Positions 13,174-24,167 of a stretch of DNA of 64,000 nucleotides are shown piece after piece. How positions within the stretch are numbered: position 1 is the first letter of the stretch; each line of letters starts with the position of its first letter. The stretch lies in assembly GCF_001194135.2 (NCBI RefSeq), contig NC_068988.1, forward strand, positions 94,429,435 through 94,493,434. The letters run 5' to 3'. The notes beneath the pieces are model-generated. The model searched no databases. It was not told the DNA's origin and was given only the letters and a program-made list of their open reading frames with translations. Made by a program: the position numbers and the translations under genes. This stretch comes from Octopus bimaculoides. Lineage: Eukaryota.

Positions 13174-14083
13174 ATATAAATGATCGATGGTTTAACGAAA
13201 TTATCCACAGCTTGCTCCTGCCTTCTTCTGCTGCCAGAGACAATTGCAGTGTTCTTTTGTCTATAATTTTGTGTAGACATCAACGTCTCCATTTTTGAGC
13301 TGTCATTTTCATTTTCCTGCATGTCAACTCTTCATTTTTTCCTTCTTCTACTTTTTCATATATATATATAGGTGTGTCTATATGCATGTATATATACATA
13401 TATATGCATATATGTATATATATGTATGTATATATATATATAACTGTCACGACAAAACGCAACGGCGTTGGTACGAGATCGCTGAGTTGGGGCATCTATT
13501 ATAAGAATCACGGCATTGTAAGAACGACAAAAATACGAAACAATACAAATGACAGCTTCCTGAAAATGACTTTACGAACGGCCAAATCGTTGGCTTCCGC
13601 CAAATACATGTATATACAGACAGAAATGTAGCATTATAATCGTTTTCTATGTCATAAGGCTACATAGCTGCTACGAAGGGATCTATTTGATTCGTTTGAC
13701 CCCAGTATATGACCGGATGATTTCATAGACTGACATTGAACTATGAATGAAAAGAACTGTATGCCTCAACATGTATCTGGCATATAACTTGTTGTTGTCT
13801 GTCGATAAATGAAGTAATACAACCTGCATATTTAGTAAATCTTTTTTGTTGCTTATTTATGTGGGTTTGTTTTTTTTTATAACATATAGACAGCAACCTT
13901 AATTATTTCTTTATACACGTGGAATGCATATAATACATATTGCTCTGCTGGTAAGAATTTTCCTTTGGAATCCCTTGCTTCTGGGTTTGATCTCACAAAC
14001 TGGTACTAGGATGGTATGCTGGTGATTGTATGTATATATGTGGGTATATACATTGTACGTATGTGTGTGTGTGTGTGAGTTTG

Positions 14084-14131
<48 letters not shown>

Positions 14132-14344
14132 GATAGATAGATAGATTTATCAATATATATATATATATATATATAAGGTTATGAAGGGTATTGGATTCAA
14201 CCAAACCCTAAAGATACAAGTAATACCAAGTAAGTGCTGTATACCTTCTAGTTTTGCCTCTGTCGTTGTAGCAACATGAGTGGGGAATATAACATAGGTC
14301 GTGTATTAGCGTGTGTATGTATAAAGAGAGAAAAAGATAAAGAG

Positions 14345-14406
14345 ACCAATGGAAAAGTTAGAAATATATTTTATCCATAAAATATATTTCTAACTTTGCC
14401 ATTGGT
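14345..14406. repeat. Near-perfect 62-nt palindrome/hairpin (30-bp arms, 1 mismatch, 2-nt loop)
   Basis: accaatggaaaagttagaaatatattttat-cc-ataaaatatatttctaactttgccattggt. Confidence 0.95.
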
Positions 14407-15335
14407 AGTAAATTTCGTAACATAATTCTGGGTACAAAATGCCAGAAATATTCAGAATTATTATAACTAGAAAGGGGAAAAAAAATGCAACATCGTTCGT
14501 GGTGGAATTTGAACTCAGATCGTGAGAGAAAACGTAGCTGAATGTTACTAGCAGTTAGTATGTCTGCTACTACGGTGCTTTCTTAGTATTAAAGTTATTG
14601 AGCGTTAATTCTTTTGATGGAGTATTGTAAATTGTAAGTTGAATATTATTAAATAACAATGAATAGTTATTGGCGTCAGTAGTACGGCCAACTTAGTTTC
14701 TGGATCGACTTTTTTCAAGCTTTAAATATGTCAGCCAGATTAAAGACTTAAATATAAATGCAATGTGGATTTGAAGACTATCAGATGTTACCGCATAACG
14801 TGTATTATCATTCACTTTTACGCAAATCCCTTGATATCGCTAAATGTTACATCTATGATGGTCTCATATAATAAACGATTATTTTCAACTATTTATGTTA
14901 ACTCAGGATTGAGCAGTCAGAGAGAAGAACGTTATTCCTAGCTGTATCAGCTGTACAGGCAACAGAAAGCCCGACTAAATTTAACAGCTATGAAACCTAC
15001 TATAACTGTTGAATGTATTTCTGTATTGGCTTCACACCAGTACGGTCGTATTGACTTTTCTTAGCGATATTTGATTAATTGAAATATGAATAGTACTTGG
15101 AGCATAGACAGAATCTCCTTCCTACCCCGTTGACAAAATGGCATAAGTGAATGGTGTAAATGGTCAAGAAAATCCCACCAGCACATTTAGTAAACTAGTA
15201 TAGAGCTTATAAAAAGGTTATAAACACATTTTTCAGTTTATGCTTGTTTTCTTTTCACATATACGTAATGCACATAAAAATACATCGGAATAGTGCGAAA
15301 GCTAACATACATCATCGTGTTTTATTTAGATTGCA

Positions 15336-15395
15336 TTTTGATAGGTATATTTTGATAGGTATATTTTGATAGGTATATTTTGATAGGTATATTTT
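15336..15395. repeat. 14-bp tandem repeat x4
   Basis: ttttgataggtata repeated four times exactly. Confidence 0.95.
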
Positions 15396-16201
15396 CCAGC
15401 TTTTAGGGGACACAGCTTTACATAAATTACGTTGCTTTAAGCTAGGATTGAATTAACGAACATTATATTGTAGTGTAATGAATCAGAGGACAAGCCACTT
15501 TGCTAAGCTGAGAGTTGCGATAATAGTTATTCGGGTTTCTGACAATACAAGGAAAAACGGTTATATGTAAATCTATGATCGTTAGACACAATCAGAGGGT
15601 AGGCCCATCTGTACGTAATACAATGCTGTACGGTTTTGTACATCGACGTTGTGATTATCTCGTCAATATTTTGTCAAATACAGTGAAGTCTATGTTTCGC
15701 TGAGGAGGAGTAATAATTAAAGTACCTCTCATCACTGCAGAATTACTTGTAGCTAGATTTTTAATGGTCTCTGCATTAAATGTATTAACATTGACTTAGC
15801 TATTGTTTAATGTTTCCAGTTCAGTTAGTATTTATACTTTGCACATAAAAACATGATGTATAGAATGATAACAATTATATGATTCTTGAAATGAAGTCTG
15901 TAATTAGTAGCTTAACAACTAATCCAGTTATGAAAAGAACGTATAAATGCCTGCTCAGATTCACTGACGAAAGATTGACAATAATTTCCTTTTCGTCTCG
16001 ATATCAGAATGTCAAAGATTATTGTTCGTATTTTTGCCTTTGTTGTGGCGGAGATGTCAGCTGTTGTTTATTTTTTAATAAACAACAAAGGAGCCATTTT
16101 CAGAAGTGAGAATTATTATATTCACTTCCCAATGTATCCTAGAACTGGTAACTTATTTGTTTTATTCGTCAAGTTACAAAAAGAAACAGCCTAGCATTCA
16201 A

Positions 16202-16385
16202 TTAGAGGCCATCATGTTGCACCGCCTGCAGGCACCTCTCAGCCAGTTCTTTGATCCCACGCTGATAACACTTCTTGTACTTCGAGACGAAGAAATCTTT
16301 CACTAAAAATTCCACCTCTTCTTCGTTGATGAAGCGTCGGGAGTGCAGGAAATGAGCCATGAATTGGAACAGGCGATAATTCAAC
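16202..16385 (-). pseudogene. mariner transposase C-terminal remnant
   Basis: YRLFQFMAHFLHSRRFINEEEVEFLVKDFFVSKYKKCYQRGIKELAERCLQAVQHDGL resembles the mariner C-terminus after YSPDLAPSD (YHLF...F...GI..L..RW...I..DG.Y). Confidence 0.85.
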
Positions 16386-16396
16386 ATTTTCTCCAC

Positions 16397-16720
16397 AACC
16401 CTAACGAGCACAAAACAGTGGTTAAGCAAGGGCCAGCTTCCAGAACCTGTCGCTAAACATGGGCGTTTCGAACATGAAGCGACGCTCTGCGTCTGGTGGA
16501 ATTATGAGAGAATAATTTGCTGAGTTCGAACCGGACGGTCGAATCATTGATGCCAACCTATACCCCCGAACAGCTAGATCGGATGTATGCTATTGTGCGG
16601 CAAAACACCCGGCATTGGTTAACAGAAAGCTTTTCTGCAGCAGCAAGACAACACAAGACCTCATACCACTCGAACAACCCGATATAAACTCGAGGAACTT
16701 GAAGGAATCGAACTGCTGGA
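16397..16720 (+). pseudogene. mariner transposase catalytic-core remnant (frameshifted)
   Basis: Manual translation across frameshifts: KQWLSKGQLPEPVAKHGRFEHEATLCVWWNYERII...DGRIIDANLY..EQLDRMYA..KHPALVNRK..LQQQDNTRPHTTRTTRYKLEELEGIELL; QDNTRPH corresponds to the mariner HDNARPH motif. Confidence 0.85.
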
Positions 16721-16753
16721 AATTTCCACATTAGTGTGTCTACACATGCAGGA

Positions 16754-16819
<66 letters not shown>

Positions 16820-17316
16820 ACGTGATGGGGTTTATAGCCTAGAGATAGGTAGGCGATTGCTAAAACTGGTACGGTGGCTGAAGTTCTCAAAGAAAACATA
16901 AGATGTTGTCGTTATACAAAGAGGAGTTTTTAAAAGACTAACGGATAGGAACTCATCAGAATTCTGTAATGTTGTGTTTATGATTTGATTCTGATGACGT
17001 GTTAGAGTTACCGTTGCGCTGTGTTCGCTCTTCGTTCTGTGTTGGCGCCCGACTGACATTACCATCGCTAATTATAGACATTAAGCCAAGAAAATGCGAC
17101 GTATTGAATAGAACCAGTGAGAAGAAAGCGGGGCGAGAAGGTGAGTGATGGATTACCTGTTGTAGGGGAACAACAGTCATAGTAAGAAGAACAACGAGAT
17201 TCCGGTAATCGACGGTCAGAAAAATAACCCCCCCCCTCCCTCTCGCCTCCAGAAACACACACTAGAGAAACGATTAAATACGGCAGCAGCCGTACAACAT
17301 CAACAATAACGATGAC

Positions 17317-17317
17317 G

Positions 17318-17381
<64 letters not shown>

Positions 17382-17439
17382 TAATAATAATAATGAGAAG
17401 AAGAAGAAGAAGAAGAAGAAGAAGAAGAAGAAGAAGAAG

Positions 17440-17469
<30 letters not shown>
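17317..17469. repeat. (AAT)n(AAG)n compound microsatellite
   Basis: Direct reading; source of the poly-I/poly-R/poly-L ORFs. Confidence 0.95.
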
Positions 17470-17470
<1 letters not shown>

Positions 17471-17916
17471 GGACAAGGAGGAAATAGAGTAGAAAAACAA
17501 TACAATTACAAAATAAACGACAGCCATCACAAAAACAAACACAAAAGCAAAGAAACCGCCTTAACTATGAAATTTAAGAGACAATGTCACTGTGAAAATG
17601 ACGATGGGTGTCTAGTTTCTTTTTGTTTTTGTTTTTGTTTCACTCTGCTCTGCACTGATGAAGCTGATCAAGGGATACCTATCCGTGACCATCAATTCGT
17701 TTGAGAAGTATGTATAGGATTCACTGTTCGAGGTGTTTTTTCCGCATTTGATATGTAGGTTGATTCGACGGGAATGTGGCTATTGATTTTAGCAGGTATA
17801 TCGACCAAGTCGAGACTGTCAATGCCCTCTTCGTTCGTCGGTACATAGTAATGAAGAAATGTCTGTGGAATCTCAAAAAATCGTGGAACATTATACAATA
17901 CGAAAACGTGTAAACA

Positions 17917-18095
17917 AAGCAGCGAGCTGGCAGAAACGTTAGCTGGCCCGGCGAAATGCTTAACAGTATTTCGTCTAACTTTACGTTCTGAGTTCAAATT
18001 CCACCGAGGTCGACTTTGCCTTTCATCTTTTCGGAGTTGATAAATTAAGTATCAGTTGCATATAGGGGTCGATATAACCAACTGGCCCCTCCCCC
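17917..18095 (+). mobile_element. SINE family 1
   Basis: gcagcgagctggcagaaacgttagc head, gttcaaattcc B-box, family body. Confidence 0.9.
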
Positions 18096-18284
18096 GTTCA
18101 TTCATAAGAAATCTGAAACACATTAACGCAGACATAATAGAAAGATTGTAATAAGGTCAAAAAACTAAAAAATGAAGCCAATTCTAGTGGTGAGGCAACT
18201 TGCATCGCTTTTGATATATTTCTCAATAATGGCTGAACAATATTCAGAACTTCATTGAAAATATGATTTCTAATCTTTTTCACT

Positions 18285-18482
18285 CCAGCACAAATCCAGC
18301 AAGTTTTTAGGGGAAGCGTAAGTCGATTACATCGATCCCAGTGCTCAACTGGTACTTTGTTTTTCGAACCCGAAAATATGAAAGGCATAGTTGACTTCAG
18401 CAGCATTTGAGCTCAAAACACGAAGAAATGTAGGAAATGTCGGGAAGCATTTTGTCCGGCGCATTAACATTCTGTCAGCACA
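18285..18482 (-). mobile_element. SINE family 1, diverged copy
   Basis: gtcgattacatcgatcccagtgctcaactggtac...gaaaggcatagttgac...atttgagctcaaaac on plus is the reverse complement of the family 1 body. Confidence 0.8.
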
Positions 18483-18904
18483 ACAATTTCGCCAGTTTAT
18501 GTATAAATATCTGTGGCTGATATTTATCTTAACCAGTTTTGTTTTCCGCTCATTAAAATTTAGATTAGAGGGCAGTTTTGGAGGGCAGTTTTCCAATCGA
18601 AGTTTCGTTATTGCTCGATATTAATCGATTCGCTGATCGGATTATTTCATTTATAGAAATCTGTCAACACGGTCTAAATTTGAGACAAGACAAAGAAAAT
18701 ATTTTAATTTCCAAAAAATATTCAAAATGATATTCACCACTCTGAACTTATGAACATTTTAGGACCGTTGCCACACTTGGAAACATTCTCTAAACTATAC
18801 CCTGGGCATTAGTTTGCCATTGTAATCATCACCATCATCCTCTTTATAAATGATGAACATATCATAACTCTAAGTATGTCTCGATCTATATAAAACACGA
18901 AACA

Positions 18905-18984
18905 ATGAAGTTATATTGATGCAGTCGTCCGATCTACTAAGAATAATAGCTAAATAGTCCTCAAATTACCCCTCTCTCTCTCTC

Positions 18985-19027
<43 letters not shown>

Positions 19028-19135
19028 AAAGACTAAGTGCACATCAAATAATATCGTGTAGTCCTAACCTTAAATTTGAAAAAGTGTGGCGATGATCTAA
19101 GTTGGAGCACGTTCATTCATAGATTTCTTCAATCT
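18905..19135 (+). mobile_element. Old interspersed repeat family 3 (SINE-like, (CAA)n-tailed) interrupted by (CT)n
   Basis: Shared segments tcgatctactaagaataatagc..aaat..cctcaaat...taat..gtagtccta; related copies at 34115-34315, 34470-34600, 37165-37320, 38600-38945, 58990-59060. Confidence 0.55.
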
Positions 19136-20953
19136 TTTTGATCTTAGGCTAAATGACAGCAACAACAATGAATTCATTTACTTTCTTATCGGATGTATCT
19201 GTCTACATGAGCGTCTCAGCCATCTAAGTGGAATGATGTCGATTATATTTGGTGTCATTAAATCTCCACCATTGATCTGGCTACTAATAATGATTGAAAT
19301 TACGCTTCCTCACCTCCACAAAGCAGAGACCAATCTAAAGTAACAAGCGCCATTGTAACACAAACAGAAAAGCTATCACAACCTGAAACATTCACTACGT
19401 CTACAAAACCTTTCAGTAAAAGAAAATTCAAAATTAATGAGGCGAATGCAGGGTGCATGCCCCGAGTGGCGGAGATTTAGCTGCGGACACCAGTCAACCA
19501 CTGCTTCGTTTTTACGACCTAACCAGAAACCAGTGGACACACACATAATATATAGATCAAAAATAAACAAAAGCTGAATGTACGCCACGGCAAAACATTC
19601 TACGAAGGGATATCGAAAAGTATATCGCAAACCTTCACTAGGGGGTCCCAATAAAACAAGGATGAATTCATGTTACAATGTCTGTCCGCTTCATTCCCGC
19701 GTATTTATGGCACAATCTTCGAAATTGATGAGGCACACATCATTTGGATATCAGATGTAAATTTGATAATGCATGAGAACCATAGAACAGCAATGACTCA
19801 ACCCATTTTTTAAAGGGTTCTATGAAAGAGCAGTAGGTCAATTGCACATAAGAAATAGCCTATGCCTTTTGCAGTTCATTTAATGAAGAATTATGTAATC
19901 TTCTTCAAAATGAAAAGACATTTTGTGAACACATTTAACCCTTCCAAATTTTTCTTGAATAAATTTTTAAAGAAAGTTCTTTGAGTATATATAACGCAAC
20001 GTTCATTAAAAGTGCAATTATAATGACCAGTTATATTAAATAAATTGACAAAAAATTTTCTTCAGTAAAAATATTATAATGATATGCTAAAATTGTATTT
20101 TGAAAACAAAGCACTTTGAAAAATTGTTCATGGTAGAATGGAATGCAAATTTCATTTCTAAATTTCAACCGAGGCAAATTATACCTTCATGTGAATCATT
20201 ATATTTTAATAAAAGAAAACGATGGTTTTCGTGTGGCCTTATGTTACGAATATATTATTTAACTGCCGAGCTTTGCAGAGCGGTATTACACATAACGTAA
20301 TTTGCAGTGATTTAAGTATGTATGTCTATGTGTGTAGGACAAAAGGCGATTCTTTGTACTGTATACGTGTATACGTTTTAATCTAGATGTATGCGCGTAT
20401 CTATTTATCTCGCATTGATATATATAATTTATACATATGTGTCTGTGAATGTATGCTTATGTGTCTAGATATACATATATATGTATGAATATATATACAT
20501 ATATATACACACACACACACACACATACATATATATATATACACTGATATATATACTTATATTTATATATGTATGTATGTGTGTATGTATAAGGTATGGA
20601 TATCAATGTATGGTTGTATCCACATATAGATACACATACACCCATACACACAGAGACACATATACATGTACATATTACCAGAAAATTACGTATTCTAATG
20701 TTTTGACACCAATGATCTTTTCTCACACTCGCTGTCTTAATGTGTGCGTATGTGTGTGTGTGTGTGTGACCGTGGTGAACGTGCGCATCAGTCCGGTGTG
20801 TGTGTGTGAGTGTGCTGTATGAGCGCACGTGTACTTCTGTGTGTATACATCTATGCATCTATGTATGTATATTCATTTAAACTACACAAATCAGACTCTT
20901 ATCCAAACACACACTTGCACATACGCACACGCGCATATATATGTATATATATA

Positions 20954-21011
<58 letters not shown>

Positions 21012-21787
21012 CTTCTTTATATATACATGTGTTTATATATATATATGTATANNNNNNNNNNNNNNNNNNNNNNNNNNNNNNNNNNNNNNNNNNNNNNNNN
21101 NNNNNNNNNNNNNNNNNNNNNNNNNNNNNNNNNNNNNNNNNNNNNNNNNNNNNNNNNNNNNNNNNNNNNNNNNNNNNNNNNNNNNNNNNNNNNNNNNNNN
21201 NNNNNNNNNNNNNNNNNNNNNNNNNNNNNNNNNNNNNNNNNNNNNNNNNNNNNNNNNNNNNNNNNNNNNNNNNNNNNNNNNNNNNNNNNNNNNNNNNNNN
21301 NNNNNNNNNNNNNNNNNNNNNNNNNNNNNNNNNNNNNNNNNNNNNNNNNNNNNNNNNNNNNNNNNNNNNNNNNNNNNNNNNNNNNNNNNNNNNNNNNNNN
21401 NNNNNNNNNNNNNNNNNNNNNNNNNNNNNNNNNNNNNNNNNNNNNNNNNNNNNNNNNNNNNNNNNNNNNNNNNNNNNNNNNNNNNNNNNNNNNNNNNNNN
21501 NATACACATATATTACTATGTGTGTTATTTTGAATGACGCTCTCTCGTCCATTTTCTCAATCACCCGCTCTCTCTTTCTGTTTCTCTTTCTCGCTCTCTA
21601 TCAATCTCTCCTTCGCTCTCTCTCCCTCTCTTACACACACACGCACAGACAAATGTTCACCTTAAATACCCTGGCAGTGAAAGTTTGTGTACCCTTCCAA
21701 TCATTACAGTTTCTTGTGCATCTATCCACCCATCTATCTATCTGTCTGGCTGGCTGGCCGTCTATATATTTGTGCATCTGTGTGTGT

Positions 21788-21831
<44 letters not shown>

Positions 21832-22099
21832 TTCCCATTCTCTCTCTTTCTAACTACACACACATCCATTCATAATATATAGATATATACATAAACACAG
21901 AGTGTTCGGTTTAAATTTGATATTTTAAGTTTCCCTTATTTTCAGGAACAGCTAAATGTATTGGTGAACAGCCAACGGCGTTGAGAGAAAGTAAGCTGAC
22001 ATGGAAAACTGGAAGGCATCTGAACATTGGAAAAGAGTTACTTGTATCATGATGATTTGTGCCGGGTGTCAAAATTCCGACATCATGACTGCTACATTA

Positions 22100-22242
22100 T
22101 TTACATAGGATGGTTATGTGTCCACATCTTGTTTAATGTTACAACAACGTTTCGGCTGATTTACTCTCCAGCCTTCATCAGGTGTCCTGGTGGAATGTTG
22201 AACCCAAGCCTGGGTTCTCATTTATGCTAATGTTATTATTAC

Positions 22243-22279
<37 letters not shown>

Positions 22280-22500
22280 AGAGCCCACGTTCTTAACCAT
22301 TACGCTATATGCCCGTGGGCAATTGTAGAAGGAATTTTAGGGCTTATAAACCTAATATTTTTGTATCCTTCCTTAATACCGGTTCCCATATTCTACTCAT
22401 ATCTGCAACTAAATCTGCTTAGGAGGTTATGATGTCCTAGCATATGTGCTGCCTCTCTTAGCTTTCGTATTTTCCAGTGGTGTTCTTTGTCTAGTATTTT
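22100..22500 (-). mobile_element. Penelope-like element 3' end: GIY-YIG C-terminus plus pseudo-LTR
   Basis: 22500->22344 translates KILDKEHHWKIRKLREAAHMLGHHNLLSRFS / (frameshift) ADMSRIWEPVLRKDTKILGL*, matching the KIL..E..W..RK..EA pattern of Penelope endonuclease tails; followed by a tRNA-like segment, (AAT)n and a hammerhead motif. Confidence 0.75.
22141..22186 (-). ncRNA. Minimal type I hammerhead ribozyme (family A)
   Basis: Minus: gacac CTGATGA a ggctg-gagagtaaat-cagcc GAAA cg t t gttgt; intact core, 5-bp helix II, palindromic ACGU as helix III, helix I with a 1-nt bulge. Confidence 0.7.
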
Positions 22501-22705
22501 AAAATACTAGGTTTATAGGCCCTAAAATTCACCCTATAAATGACCACGGGTATATAGCACAATCATTAAGAATGCAGGCTACTAACCCCCATTAAGTTAT
22601 ATGCCCTATGACTCCTAGTTCAATACCAGATAGTTACTTGGATAAATAATAATAGCATCAGCAAAAAAATTCTCTAGGTATGAAAAAGCTGGAGAGTAAA
22701 TCTTT
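22501..22705 (+). mobile_element. Inverted, decayed Penelope pseudo-LTR copy
   Basis: aaaatactaggtttataggccctaaaattc...ccacgggtatatagcacaatcattaagaatgcaggc mirrors 22280-22362; carries gttcaatacc B-box-like motif and a remnant gctggagagtaaatc of hammerhead helix II. Confidence 0.7.
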
Positions 22706-22869
22706 TGATTTTTTTTTTAAATACTTTTAATTTTGAATTAGATATCATGTCTTCTTTTTTTATGCAAACTGTCAATTTTAGCCCGAACACTCTCTACATA
22801 TATACCAATAAAAAGAAATATTGTCAGCTTGTGTAATTTTTTTTATAACATCCGAAGTTGCAAATGTTA

Positions 22870-23150
22870 GCTGTGACTCGGTAGTAGCGGTGTGGCCATT
22901 GGAATACGATAAAATAGATAACTAGTTGAATGACTTGATCTACTAAACACTGCAATGTGGTTTCCCAGATGGACGGAGTCGAATAAAAGATAAACAGTTC
23001 CGGTTAGGCGAGAAGGCCACTGATCCCATTGATCGAAGGTGGACGGGACAACGGGGAAATGAAATGTTTTGCTCAAGTGAAAAACCTGCTGACCTGTCTG
23101 GGAATCGAACCTACGATCTAGCGATCATGAGTGCAACAGCCTAACTACTA
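22870..23150 (-). mobile_element. tRNA-derived SINE family 4
   Basis: Minus: tagttaggctgttgcactcatgatcgctagatcgtaggttcgattcccagac head with B-box, then cttgagcaaaacatttcatttc central domain; related copies at 42495-42745 and 55355-55630. Confidence 0.7.
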
Positions 23151-23159
23151 AATGTGTGT

Positions 23160-23208
<49 letters not shown>

Positions 23209-24062
23209 CACTTGATGTGTGGTTTCCCATCCAATCCTTTAATATCATTTTACAGAAAGCACTAAAATGATTTTTCAGAATCTTTATTCTAATCTGGAAA
23301 AACAAATGTTTTAAATAGGGTTATAGTTTAATCGATTAAATCGATGTCGGCACTTCACTGGTTCTTTATTTTATCGACCCTAAATAGACAAACAGCAAAA
23401 TCGACCGCGGTCCAATAATACGATTGTTATCAATCGATACAATAACAGAGAGGGGTTTCGGATTTCTGTGAATGATGCCGCCACAGATTTTTAACTTCCT
23501 TTTAAAAATATTTAGTAATATTAAATTTTGCGGTATTAACTTTTAATATCATTGGGAAAACATTTAATGATACGAATTTTGCAAATAGTGATATTCATTT
23601 AGAAATATCTGAACTTCGGATTCCTGTTATTGATAACATAAAAAGTTAATCGGAAACTAATGCACTTTCTAACAAGGTACTGATCGAAGAGACCAGTTAT
23701 TCCTGCCTCAGATCTAAATAAAAAAAAGTTTAATCTTCAACCATTGCATTTTAGAATATGTATTATCATTTTTCATAATAATATACATTATTACCAAATG
23801 ATACGTTTTTACCAGAACAGTTGTACACGTAAAGGCTCTTTTTTCTTTATTATCGTTTTGGTCTATCCAACTGACATGTGTGATTATTTTCCATGTTTCT
23901 AAGGATGGGATATCCACTAAGACTTGCGGGTATTTCTTTATTTTGGGTATGCAAAGTACAAAACGGCTCCATTCAAGTGTATCCACAACGTAAACAGTTT
24001 ATAAATGCAACACATCTTTCATTCGTTGCAAATGAAAAATAACAAAATCTCGCTGCAAAACG

Positions 24063-24167
24063 AGCGCACATCAGGTGAGTGGCTGCGTGGTAAGTAGCTT
24101 GCTTACCAGCCATATGGTTCCGGGTTCAGTCCCACCGCGTCGCACCTTGAGCAAGTGTCCTCTACTA
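24063..24167 (+). mobile_element. SINE family 2 5' head, truncated at junction with piggyBac
   Basis: gagtggctgcgtggtaagtagcttgcttaccagccatatggttccgggttcagtcccac...ccttgagcaagtgtcctctacta, matching the head at 49966. Confidence 0.9.

Noticed and set aside
10678-13322. Long ORFs containing X runs (also 20829-21853, 29053-31040, 42720-44801, 47734-48351, 51967-53035, 55725-56184)
   Set aside because: Open only because N gaps and (TA)n/(TG)n contain no stops.
13444-13620. tgtcacgac start resembling a Gypsy LTR 5' end
   Set aside because: No matching LTR end, PBS, PPT or TSD could be identified.
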